From Acidimicrobiales bacterium (lineage in GTDB: Bacteria > Actinomycetota > Acidimicrobiia > Acidimicrobiales > CAVXTF01): 63,232 bases of DNA. Below, in pieces: positions 37,116-45,726 of this stretch; the stretch's first letter is position 1, and the number at the start of each line of letters is the position of its first letter. The notes below the pieces were generated by a model. That model worked only from the letters and a program-made list of their open reading frames with translations, made no database searches and had not been told where the DNA came from. The position numbers were made by a program, and so were the translations under genes. Location: NCBI GenBank assembly GCA_049281195.1, contig JBAPRR010000455.1, positions 1 through 63,232 on the forward strand. Reading direction: 5' to 3'.

Positions 37116-37559
37116 TCACCGGGCGCTCGCCACGAAAACCGGGATCTCCCGGTCCGTCTTCTCCTGGTACTCGGCGTACGCCGGGTAGGCCCGAACAGCG
37201 CGCTCCCACCACTGCGCCCGTTCATCTCCGGTCACCAGTCGGACAACTACGTCGAAGGGCTGAGGACCGTCTTGAAGCATGACGTCCTCGGGATAGGCGC
37301 GGAGGTTGTAGTACCAGACCGGATTCTCCGGTGCCCCACCCTTGGAAGCCACCAGGGCGTACTCGCCGTCGTGCTCCACGCGCATCACCGGGGTCTTGCG
37401 GATTTTCCCGCTCTTGTTTCCCCTGGTGGTGAAGATGACGATCGGCATCCCGGTGTCAAGAAGGGTGTTGGCGCGCTCACCGCCTGAGCTTTCGTATTCG
37501 GCCACCTGGTCGCGAACCCACGCGGACGGGCTGGGTTCGTACTCTCCTTCAAGCGCCAC
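37116..37559 (-). CDS. Deazaflavin (F420)-dependent nitroreductase family protein (Ddn/DUF385-type)
   Basis: Start placed at GTG 37559, which is preceded by GAGGAGG. Motifs IVIFTTRGNKSGKIRKTPVMRV, ASKGGAPENPVWYYNL and YAEYQEKTDREIPVFV are characteristic of the family. Confidence 0.85.
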   Translation of the reverse strand: MALEGEYEPSPSAWVRDQVAEYESSGGERANTLLDTGMPIVIFTTRGNKSGKIRKTPVMRVEHDGEYALVASKGGAPENPVWYYNLRAYPEDVMLQDGPQPFDVVVRLVTGDERAQWWERAVRAYPAYAEYQEKTDREIPVFVASAR

Positions 37560-37662
37560 GGCTGTTCCTCCTCGGGACTGGATGGACAGTCTCCACACAA
37601 GATCGTAGGAGCCCGCCTTCACTACTCCTGCAGGCCAGGTCGGCGGAGATGCCCGGCCCTCG

Positions 37663-38109
37663 TCAGAGGTTGCGTGCCCCGGGTCCTTGGGCGGCGAGCT
37701 GGTCGTCGGGATTCGCGAGCCTGCACATCTTCAGAGACAAGCAGCCGCAACCGATGCATCCGCTCAGGTTGTCGCGAAGACGCTGGAGGCGGAGGATCCG
37801 GTCATCGAGGTCGTTGCGCCACTGCGCCGAGAGGCGCTCCCAGTCCCGGCGTGTCGGAGTGCGGGAATCGGGCAAGGAGTCGAGTGCCGACTTGATCCGA
37901 CTGAGCGGAATTCCCACAGCCTGCGAGGCACGGATGAAGGCCACCCGGCGCAGCACATGCCGGGGATATCGGCGCTGGTTACCAGAAGTCCTGTGGCTCG
38001 ATATCAGACCTTGGACTTCGTAGAAGTGCAGGGCGGAGACGGCCACGCCGCTTCTGGCGGCGAGCTGGCCAACTGTGAGCTCGCTGTCTTGAACGGTTCC
38101 TATGGGCAT
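37663..38109 (-). CDS. soxR: Redox-sensitive transcriptional activator SoxR (MerR family, [2Fe-2S])
   Basis: HTH LTVGQLAARSGVAVSALHFYE and the diagnostic cluster motif CIGCGCLSLKMC. Start placed at ATG 38109 (MPIGTVQ). Confidence 0.92.
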   Translation of the reverse strand: MPIGTVQDSELTVGQLAARSGVAVSALHFYEVQGLISSHRTSGNQRRYPRHVLRRVAFIRASQAVGIPLSRIKSALDSLPDSRTPTRRDWERLSAQWRNDLDDRILRLQRLRDNLSGCIGCGCLSLKMCRLANPDDQLAAQGPGARNL

Positions 38110-38113
38110 CTGC

Positions 38114-38144
38114 TTGACCTCAACAATACTTGAGGTTCTATCGT
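38114..38144 (+). promoter_or_regulatory. SoxR-dependent promoter with SoxR box
   Basis: TTGACC (38114-38119), 19-bp spacer, TATCGT (38139-38144). The spacer holds the perfect inverted repeat ACCTCAA-CAATAC-TTGAGGT (38117-38136). Its half-sites and 6-nt spacing match the E. coli soxS SoxR site CCTCAA-N6-TTGAGG. Divergent from soxR. Confidence 0.85.
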
Positions 38145-38150
38145 TGTTTC

Positions 38151-39011
38151 GTGACATTCATTCTGGACGACGCGTACGAACGCATGGCAGGAACAGACTT
38201 TGAGCTCCCTAACGGGTTCGTCAACCACGGACCGATGGCTTGCGAGGCCCTCGTCACGTTGGGTCGCGAGGAACAGATCGAAGGTTGGGCGCGCTGGTCC
38301 GTCGATGTCGTCGGCACAGCCCCTGAAGCCGTCGAGCCGAACACTCGAAGCCCGTTCGATTGGAAGGCGGAGCTTGGCGCCTATGAACGGCTACCGGAGT
38401 GGCTGGGGTTCTACCAGAACCTTGTCGAGGACTCCCCGTGGACCTCGGTGGTGGAGGTCTGGGTACCCAGGCTCATGCCCGGCCTTGCCACCGTGCTCTA
38501 TCACGGAGCCATCCGCACAGCCCACGCTGTAAGGGCGGTGAGCGCCGCCGACACCGAGCCGCGACGCGCCGAGCTGGCCCGCAGTCTGGCTTACTGGTCC
38601 GCCCGCTTCAGTCCCGGAGAGGCTGTCGCCGCTGACGAAGACTCCGAAGACATCCACGGCGGCGTGATGGAGTCAGCCGCCGACGGAGCTTCGCGTTATG
38701 CAACCCGCCGAAGCATCTTCAACCTGCACGGCGTAACCGGAGCCATGGCGGTCGACATTCTGCTGGACCACATATCGCCCGCTGCAGCAACCGGCGCTCT
38801 ACGCCAACTCCGGGCCGAGCATGCGGCGATGTATCGCGGCGTGGTCGCGAGCATTCCGGCAACCGATCTCATTTGGAACGACGAATGGATCGACTCCGCG
38901 GCGCAAAGCCGCGACGCACACCAGGTCAAGCTTGTCGAAGCTTGTCGCAGAGGATTCGACGTGAGCGGTGATCGACGCTTCCCGATGGCCGCTGAAGTGG
39001 TGAGTCGTTGA
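38151..39011 (+). CDS. DUF4243 / questin-oxidase-like protein (predicted SoxR target)
   Basis: NHGPMACEALVTLGR is typical of the questin-oxidase-like family. GTG 38151 sits 7 nt after the -10, so the mRNA may be leaderless. ATG 38184 is an alternative start. Confidence 0.65.
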   Translation: MTFILDDAYERMAGTDFELPNGFVNHGPMACEALVTLGREEQIEGWARWSVDVVGTAPEAVEPNTRSPFDWKAELGAYERLPEWLGFYQNLVEDSPWTSVVEVWVPRLMPGLATVLYHGAIRTAHAVRAVSAADTEPRRAELARSLAYWSARFSPGEAVAADEDSEDIHGGVMESAADGASRYATRRSIFNLHGVTGAMAVDILLDHISPAAATGALRQLRAEHAAMYRGVVASIPATDLIWNDEWIDSAAQSRDAHQVKLVEACRRGFDVSGDRRFPMAAEVVSR

Positions 39012-39056
39012 CTGCTCTATAGAAGGTCCCCTGACCGAGGGAACCGACGCCCCGGG

Positions 39057-39902
39057 TCAGGCGGCTCCCACCTCGACGCCAAAGGCCTTTATGCCGGAGT
39101 GGCGATGTTCGTGACAGAGGTCAGGAGCTATGTGGTCGCTGGTTGCGACGAACAGCGTGCGTCCCTCTCGACCCCCCAGACAACAGGCGATCGCCAGCGT
39201 CTCTCCCACGTTCACGCGGTCGAGGATCTCCCCACCTTCTGCAACCCGGATGCATTCACCGGTCCCAATGGTCGCGGCCCACACAGCGCCCTCCGAATCA
39301 ATGCAGATCCCGTCAGGTGTCGCACCCTCGGGCAACGCCGCCCATAGCCTCGGATTGGACAACGTCCCGTCATCGTTCTTGTCGAGCGCAGAAAGCCGGC
39401 CGGCGAAAGTCTCTGCGAAGACGAGGGTGCGACCGAGATCGGTGATGACCATCCCGTTCGGGAAGGTGAGGTCCTCTGCCACAACCTTGTGCGTGCCGTC
39501 GGGCTCTACAGCGATGATCACCCCGGGTGACGGGTCTGCACCTCCGTTCAGGTCGAAACCAAACTCTCCGATGTATGCCCTGCCGTCGGTATCGATCACC
39601 ATATCGTTTATCGGATGCGGCGTGTGAGCCGACAAATCGGCGAAGACAGTGGTCCCTCCGGTGCCGTCGACTCTCAACAGCAACCTGTCCTCCATCGAGG
39701 CGATGAGAAGCTCACCATCCAAGGTCCACCCGAGCCCTGATGGCGAGGACTCGGTCCGAACCACTATCTCGTCTCCTCGGCTGTCGGACCATGTGTGGAC
39801 CTCGTTGGCGTACATGTCGGAGAACCAAAGCCTGTGATCGTGCCATCGAAGCCCTTCCGCAAAGGTCAAACCGTCCACCACGTTCTGCATCTCAGACTGC
39901 AT
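39057..39902 (-). CDS. SMP-30/gluconolactonase/LRE-family beta-propeller protein
   Basis: FAEGLRWHDHRLWFSDM, PNGMVITDLGRTLVFAET, PDGICIDSEGAVW. Six-blade lactonase pattern. Confidence 0.85.
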   Translation of the reverse strand: MQSEMQNVVDGLTFAEGLRWHDHRLWFSDMYANEVHTWSDSRGDEIVVRTESSPSGLGWTLDGELLIASMEDRLLLRVDGTGGTTVFADLSAHTPHPINDMVIDTDGRAYIGEFGFDLNGGADPSPGVIIAVEPDGTHKVVAEDLTFPNGMVITDLGRTLVFAETFAGRLSALDKNDDGTLSNPRLWAALPEGATPDGICIDSEGAVWAATIGTGECIRVAEGGEILDRVNVGETLAIACCLGGREGRTLFVATSDHIAPDLCHEHRHSGIKAFGVEVGAA

Positions 39903-40002
39903 AGCAGTTGAAGTTTCGACCCGCCGAACTTCGCTCGACGATGAGCCTCAATAACCTGGGGATAGCCAAGGTCGCTTTCAGATCTGACGGGAGGATGGTT
40001 CG

Positions 40003-40923
40003 ATGGTCCGAGCAGTTCGATTCGATCACTATGGCGATCGCGATGTGCTGTACATCGCAGATGTAGAAATGCCGAAGCCGCAGCCGGGCGAGGCCGTCGT
40101 CCGGGTCAAAGCTGCGGGGATCAATCCGGGCGAAGCGGCGATCCGAAAGGGCGCCCTCGAGTCTCTGTTCCCGGCGACGTTTCCTTCGGGGGAAGGGAGC
40201 GACCTCGCCGGCGTCGTGAGCGATGTGGGTGGATCGGTTACCGAATTCGCGGTCGGTGACGAAGTGCTCGGATGGTCCTGGAAGCGATCGAGCCACGCCG
40301 AATACGTGTCGGTCCCGGTCACCCAGTTGATTCGCAAGCCACCGGCGCTCAGCTGGGAGGTCGCCGGATCGCTATATGTCGTCGGATGTACCGCCTACGC
40401 GGCGGTGCGCGCAGTGAGTCCGCAACCAGGAGAAACGGTCGCCGTGTCGGCAGCCGCCGGGGGCGTTGGCTCCGTCGTCGTCCAACTCCTGAAGACGAAG
40501 GAGGTGACCGTCCTCGGTATCGCCTCGGAGAGCAACGATGAGTGGCTGCGCTCGCACGGAGCCACACCGATCGCCTACGGCGAAGGCATCAAGGAGCGTC
40601 TCGTGGCCGCCGCTCCGAATGGCATCGATGCCTTCATCGATCTGTTCGGGCCGCAGTACGTGCAGTTGGCGTTCGACCTCGGCATCGAACCGACCCGAAT
40701 CGAGACGATCATTTCGCGAGACAAGGCGCTCGAGCTCGGCGCAAAGGTCGAAGGGAGCGGGGATGCTTCGACCACAGAAGTGTTGACGGAAATGGCCGAG
40801 CTGGTTGCGTCCGGGCAGATCGAAATTCCGATCGCCGCGACCTACCCGCTCGAACAGGTCCGGGACGCCTACGAAGAACTCGAGGCGCGGCATACCCACG
40901 GCAAGATCGTTCTCATCCCCTAG
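40003..40923 (+). CDS. NADPH:quinone oxidoreductase / zinc-type alcohol dehydrogenase-like (MDR) protein
   Basis: VKAAGINPGE, the AAGGVGSVVVQL cofactor loop, and C-terminal HTHGKIVL. GGGAGGA Shine-Dalgarno upstream. Confidence 0.9.
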   Translation: MVRAVRFDHYGDRDVLYIADVEMPKPQPGEAVVRVKAAGINPGEAAIRKGALESLFPATFPSGEGSDLAGVVSDVGGSVTEFAVGDEVLGWSWKRSSHAEYVSVPVTQLIRKPPALSWEVAGSLYVVGCTAYAAVRAVSPQPGETVAVSAAAGGVGSVVVQLLKTKEVTVLGIASESNDEWLRSHGATPIAYGEGIKERLVAAAPNGIDAFIDLFGPQYVQLAFDLGIEPTRIETIISRDKALELGAKVEGSGDASTTEVLTEMAELVASGQIEIPIAATYPLEQVRDAYEELEARHTHGKIVLIP

Positions 40924-40985
40924 CGGCTCAGTGGTCGATCCCCACTAGAGTCTGCCGGCGGATCCGACCACGATTGAGAGAACTG

Positions 40986-41321
40986 ATGGAACAATCGAAG
41001 GCCAGGGAGCTGGTGAGCGCAGAGCGCCTCCGCCTAGAGCACCTACTTGCCCAGATGGATGGTGCGGGAACCGATGACCGGACCGCTGCAGACCAGCCGG
41101 GGGATATGTTCGACTCCGCCGAACCTCTCACCACTCAACGGACGGACGACTCGATAAGAGCGCAGCTGCAAGAAAACCTGGCCGCGATCGAGCGAGCGGA
41201 AAAGCGACTCGACGATGGCACCTACGGCCTGTCGGTGCTGAGCGGACAACCGATTCCCGACTCCCGCCTCGAAGCCGACCCGGCAGCAGAGTTGACCGTT
41301 GAAGAGGCCGCAAGGGCCTAG
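40986..41321 (+). CDS. DksA/TraR-like protein lacking the Cys4 zinc finger
   Basis: 111 aa. Coiled-coil N-terminus. C-terminal RLDDGTYGLSVLSGQPIPDSRLEADPAAELTVEEA matches the DksA/TraR finger region (dGtYGxCexCGxxIxxxRLxaxPxaxxC) with the Cys positions replaced. Confidence 0.55.
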   Translation: MEQSKARELVSAERLRLEHLLAQMDGAGTDDRTAADQPGDMFDSAEPLTTQRTDDSIRAQLQENLAAIERAEKRLDDGTYGLSVLSGQPIPDSRLEADPAAELTVEEAARA

Positions 41322-41364
41322 GCCACAAGATGGCCACATCCGGGAGTCGCATATCCTTGGCCAC

Positions 41365-43191
41365 ATGCCAGGGAGTGAACCGACGGGCTCTAACTACGAC
41401 CCGGAGACCGTTCGTGCCAAATACCTCGCCGAGCGCGACAAGCGGCTGATCCCGGGCCGGTCCGATATCCGGGATCTACGGACCGACGAGCACTTCAGGC
41501 GCTACCGTGACGACCCCTTCACTCCTGTAACAGAACGCGACCCGGTCGCAGACGAGGTCGACGTCGTCATCCTGGGCGGTGGGATCGCCGGCGTGACGGT
41601 TGGTGCCAAGCTCCGGCAAGCAGGAGTGGAGCGGATCCGCATCATCGATCTTGCAGGCGGCATCGGCGGCACCTGGTACTGGAACCGGTACCCAGGCGTC
41701 ATGTGCGACGTCGAGTCGTACATGTACCTTCCGTTGCTCGAAGAGCTCGACTACATCCCCACCAGGCGCTACGCCTTCGGGGACGAGATTCTCCATCACC
41801 TGGAATCGGTCGCAGACCGGTTCGACCTCGTCGAAGACGCCCTCTTCCATACAGGGGTCACCCGGGCCGAGTGGCGGGAGTCCGAAGGCCGGTGGCTGAT
41901 CCATACCGATCGTGGTGACGAGATCCGCTGCCGGTGGTACGTGGTCGCCCCCGGGATCCTGAACCTGATGAAGCTTCCGACCATCCCGGGGATGGAGGAC
42001 TTCGCGGGACGTTCGTTCCACACCGCCCGGTGGGATTACGAGTTCACCGGGGGTGGCCCGGGAAAGGTGCCGACGAAGCTGTCCGACAAGGTCGTCGCCA
42101 TGATCGGCACCGGAGCGACAGGAATCCAGTGCGTTCCGCCTCTGGCCGAGTCGTCCAAACACGTCTATATCTTCCAGCGGACTCCGTCGGCGATCGGTGA
42201 ACGTGGGAACCGCCCTACTGATCCGGACTTCGCAACCGGGCTCGAACCGGGGTGGCAGCGGGCCCGTATGGATAACTTCCAATCGGTCATGTTGGGCAAG
42301 CACGTCGAAGTCGACCAGGTCGATGACGGTTGGACCCAGCACTTCGCCGCGGTCCACCATCCTCCGCGAACCAAGGACATGACGTTCGAGGACTTTATGC
42401 GCGGTGCCGAGGAGCTCGACTACGGGATCATGGAAGCTCACCGCCAGCGTGTCGATCAGCTGGTGTCCGACCCGGCGACGGCCGAGATCCTCAAGCCTTA
42501 CTACCGCTACCTGTGCAAGCGCCCATGCTTCCACGACGAGTACCTGCTCGCATTCAACAACCCCAACGTCACGCTCATCGACTGTCCCGGCGGGATCGAG
42601 CGCATCACAGAGACGGGTCCTGTAGTGAACGGCACGCAGTACGAAGTGGACTGCATCATCTACGGCACGGGATTCGAAGCAGAGCTCACACCCCTTTACC
42701 GTCGAGTCGGTCACGAAATAGTCGGCCGCGACGGGATCACGCTCGCGGGCAAGTGGGCTGCCGGAGCAGCGTCTTTATTCGGGATGATGATCCGCGGATT
42801 TCCGAATGCGTTCTTCATGCCCGCGCCCGGGCAGCAGGCCGTCGTCACGGTCAACTACACCCAGCTAGCGGAGTTAGGAGCAGAGTTCGTCGGACGTGCG
42901 GTGGGCCTGATGCAAAAACGGGGTGTCGGGGTGTTCGAGGTGAGCGCCGAAGCCGAAGATGGCTGGACACAGAAGATCGTGGACTCGTTCGTGGACGGAA
43001 GCGCGGTCATGTCCGCCTGCACGCCGTCACGCATAAACAACGAAGGTCACCCCGAGGCGATGAACCCCAGAAACGGCAACTACGGCCGCGGGATGGGCGA
43101 TTTCTTCCGATATCGCGAGGTGCTCGAGCAATGGCTCGAGGCAGCTGACTTCGACGGGCTCGAGCTCAAAGTCTCCTCCACCGCGACGTGA
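41365..43191 (+). CDS. Baeyer-Villiger (type I, FAD/NADPH) monooxygenase
   Basis: GGGIAG FAD loop, BVMO fingerprint FAGRSFHTARWD, second Rossmann IGTGATGIQ. ATG 41365 is preferred because the longer ORF overlaps the previous gene. Confidence 0.9.
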   Translation: MPGSEPTGSNYDPETVRAKYLAERDKRLIPGRSDIRDLRTDEHFRRYRDDPFTPVTERDPVADEVDVVILGGGIAGVTVGAKLRQAGVERIRIIDLAGGIGGTWYWNRYPGVMCDVESYMYLPLLEELDYIPTRRYAFGDEILHHLESVADRFDLVEDALFHTGVTRAEWRESEGRWLIHTDRGDEIRCRWYVVAPGILNLMKLPTIPGMEDFAGRSFHTARWDYEFTGGGPGKVPTKLSDKVVAMIGTGATGIQCVPPLAESSKHVYIFQRTPSAIGERGNRPTDPDFATGLEPGWQRARMDNFQSVMLGKHVEVDQVDDGWTQHFAAVHHPPRTKDMTFEDFMRGAEELDYGIMEAHRQRVDQLVSDPATAEILKPYYRYLCKRPCFHDEYLLAFNNPNVTLIDCPGGIERITETGPVVNGTQYEVDCIIYGTGFEAELTPLYRRVGHEIVGRDGITLAGKWAAGAASLFGMMIRGFPNAFFMPAPGQQAVVTVNYTQLAELGAEFVGRAVGLMQKRGVGVFEVSAEAEDGWTQKIVDSFVDGSAVMSACTPSRINNEGHPEAMNPRNGNYGRGMGDFFRYREVLEQWLEAADFDGLELKVSSTAT

Positions 43192-44822
43192 GCGCACGAC
43201 AGCAGGTCGCCGTTGTAACCGGCGGTGGCGGCGGCATCGGAGCGGCCATTGCCGAGGACCTCGGGCGCACCGGATGGTTCGTCGTGACGCTCGATCCCCT
43301 CGTGACGCTCGACGGATCTGCACAACTGCCTGAACAGCCCGAGACCACTGCGGGGCGCATCATTGCCGCCGGCGGTCACGCGAGGGCGTCGGCCGCATCC
43401 GTCACTGATGCAGAAGCGGTCCGTGCGCTCTTCCACGGGATCTTTGAAGAGCACGGCGCACTCGACGCCGTCATCAACGTTGCCGGCATCACTCGACAGA
43501 CGTTCTTCGGAAAAGGGACGGAGGAGGACTGGCGGGCGGTCCTCCAGGTCCACCTCGGTGGATACCTGAACATCCTGGGGGCAGCACTCCCGTTGATGGC
43601 CACCGCCGGGCGCGGAACCATTCTCGGAGTCACGTCCGGGTCGGGCTGGCGCGCCGCCGACGCGGGTGCGTACAGCTGTGCGAAGCGTGCAGTCGCATCC
43701 CTCACCTGGCAGCTGGGACGGCACGCACCCGTTGGAGTGACCGTGAACGCCATGTCTCCCATCGCCGCAACGCGCATGGTGGCTGCTGCGCTCGAGCGGG
43801 CGCGTCAGGCCGGCAGAACCTCGGGTGGGGGTATTTCCTTCACGACCATGCCGGGCCCCGAAGATCTTGCACCGCTGGCCGCTTATTTCGTCGGTGACGA
43901 TTTCAGTTGGTGCAATGGGAAGGTCCTGTTCGCGGGTGGCTCAGAGGTAGCTGTCATCGACGAGCCTCGTCTGCTCGAGGTCGTGCGAACTGATGGCGTG
44001 TCCTCATTGCCGCGCCTGTTCGAATCGGTCATCCCGCGCGCATTCGTCACCGCGGAAACGAAGCAATCGTCAGAAGGTGGTGGCAATCCCCGCTTCGGCT
44101 CGATATTCGACGAGCCGTCGTCAGCGGCGAGTGATCCGGCGCCACCCCGTGGCTGCGTGATCGTGAGCGACCGACCTCGACTGCAAGCCTCTTTGACGAG
44201 TGCTCTCGAAGCAAGCTCCTTCACATGCCATCCGGTCCATGTTGAACACGGATTTCAACAAGCGGGTCAGGCCCTCGAGGCAATCGCCGAATCGTCCGGA
44301 CCGGTTGACGTGATCGTCGTTGCTATCGCTGGAACTGACCACGATTCCGCTGATGGCTGGGAGCAGATACTGGCCGAGCATTCCGGAATCGTGGAGGGAA
44401 TCCATACAGATGTGTCATGGGCCCGCGCGGCTTCCGACTACAGCGCACACTCCTCACGTCCGGTTCAACTGGTAACCCTCACCGATGCGACCACCTCCGG
44501 CGGCCGCAGCCGGGCTCAGGCCGTCGCCCAGCACGCCCGGGTCTCGGTTGGCGCCACAGAGGGACGCGTCACCGCTTTCTCCGTGAGTCTCGAAGCCCCC
44601 GAAGTGGAATCCGCCCAGCCCGCCAGCGAGCTCGTAGCGCACCTGCTCGGAAATGCCGACCTGTCGACGCTTTCAGGCGCGGAGCTGGTCGTAGGTTCCG
44701 GTTGGATCGGCCTCAGAAGCCATCCGAAGCCGGCAGGAAGCGTCATATACGGCGGACCGGTCATCCCCGATTGGCTCGACGGCACTCTGCGAGAGATCGC
44801 CGCCACCTCTGACCGCGCTTAG
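43188..44822 (+). CDS. SDR-family oxidoreductase with an additional ~270-aa C-terminal Rossmann-like domain
   Basis: GTGA overlap with the BVMO gene. TGGGGGIG cofactor loop and YSCAK (YxxxK). The C-terminal half lacks both motifs. Confidence 0.8.
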   Translation: MSARQQVAVVTGGGGGIGAAIAEDLGRTGWFVVTLDPLVTLDGSAQLPEQPETTAGRIIAAGGHARASAASVTDAEAVRALFHGIFEEHGALDAVINVAGITRQTFFGKGTEEDWRAVLQVHLGGYLNILGAALPLMATAGRGTILGVTSGSGWRAADAGAYSCAKRAVASLTWQLGRHAPVGVTVNAMSPIAATRMVAAALERARQAGRTSGGGISFTTMPGPEDLAPLAAYFVGDDFSWCNGKVLFAGGSEVAVIDEPRLLEVVRTDGVSSLPRLFESVIPRAFVTAETKQSSEGGGNPRFGSIFDEPSSAASDPAPPRGCVIVSDRPRLQASLTSALEASSFTCHPVHVEHGFQQAGQALEAIAESSGPVDVIVVAIAGTDHDSADGWEQILAEHSGIVEGIHTDVSWARAASDYSAHSSRPVQLVTLTDATTSGGRSRAQAVAQHARVSVGATEGRVTAFSVSLEAPEVESAQPASELVAHLLGNADLSTLSGAELVVGSGWIGLRSHPKPAGSVIYGGPVIPDWLDGTLREIAATSDRA

Positions 44823-44836
44823 TCGACGGAGGCTCG

Positions 44837-45703
44837 ATGACGCCCAGGCCAAGTCGCATCGTCGACGCCCACATTCATCTGTGGGACCCGGCACGCGCCG
44901 ACTGGTATCCGTACATAAGGGCGATCGCGGAGCACGGTGGTGGTGATGCGTCGAGGATGAACCGTCGGTTCGATGTCGACGCGTACAAGAAGGAGACCTC
45001 CGGCTGGAACGTCGAGAAATTCATCAACGTTGCTGCGGCATCGGGTCGAAACTCGATCGAAGAGACGATCGAGCTCGACCGGAAGGCCGATGCCGGTGAC
45101 GGTCCCGATGCGATCATCGGAGGCCTTCCACCAACCGAAACCGTTGCCGAAGCAGTCGAGTTGATCGACAGGCAGATGACGGCGTCGCGGTTCCGCGGGG
45201 TGAGGCCCATGGGTCCACTCGACAAACCATTGCCGCCACGCGAGGTTTTGGACGCACTGACCGAACGGAATCTTGTATTCGAACTCATGACTCATCCGGA
45301 TCAACTCCGGAAGGCCGCGGAGGGCCTTTCCGGATTCGACGATCTGACAGTTGTCGTCGAGCACACCGGATGGCCGCGATCTGACACTGACGAAGAGCGT
45401 TCGCTGTGGGAAGCCGGGATGTCGGCACTGGCCGGACTCGGTGACAACGTCATTTGCAAGCTCTCCGGACTGGCGATGCCCCTCGGGTCCATGAGCACCG
45501 AAGCGCTCGGTCCCTGGCTGGAGTATGCGATCACCGCCTTCGGGGTCGACCGCTGCCTGTTCGCAAGCAACTTTCCCGTCGATGCGAAAGCCGGTACTTT
45601 CGATGAGCTGTACACGACGTTCAGCGAGGTGACCGCGGAGTTCGACCATGTTTCGCGCGACAAGCTCTTCGCAGCCACTGCGGAACGCGTCTACCGGCTA
45701 TGA
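44837..45703 (+). CDS. Amidohydrolase-2 family metal-dependent hydrolase
   Basis: N-terminal IVDAHIHLWDP metal-binding motif. TIM-barrel-size protein. GGAGG Shine-Dalgarno. Confidence 0.85.
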   Translation: MTPRPSRIVDAHIHLWDPARADWYPYIRAIAEHGGGDASRMNRRFDVDAYKKETSGWNVEKFINVAAASGRNSIEETIELDRKADAGDGPDAIIGGLPPTETVAEAVELIDRQMTASRFRGVRPMGPLDKPLPPREVLDALTERNLVFELMTHPDQLRKAAEGLSGFDDLTVVVEHTGWPRSDTDEERSLWEAGMSALAGLGDNVICKLSGLAMPLGSMSTEALGPWLEYAITAFGVDRCLFASNFPVDAKAGTFDELYTTFSEVTAEFDHVSRDKLFAATAERVYRL

Positions 45704-45726
45704 CCCGGAAAAAGTACTTTTAGCAG

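Noticed and set aside
40542-40985. Upstream 148 codons of the 259-aa ORF containing the DksA-like gene
   Set aside because: This Arg-rich frame overlaps the quinone oxidoreductase gene. Only the part from ATG 40986 looks like a protein.
41476-42714. 412-aa minus-strand ORF
   Set aside because: It is antisense to the BVMO gene, which carries all the FAD/NADPH/BVMO fingerprints. Shadow ORF.
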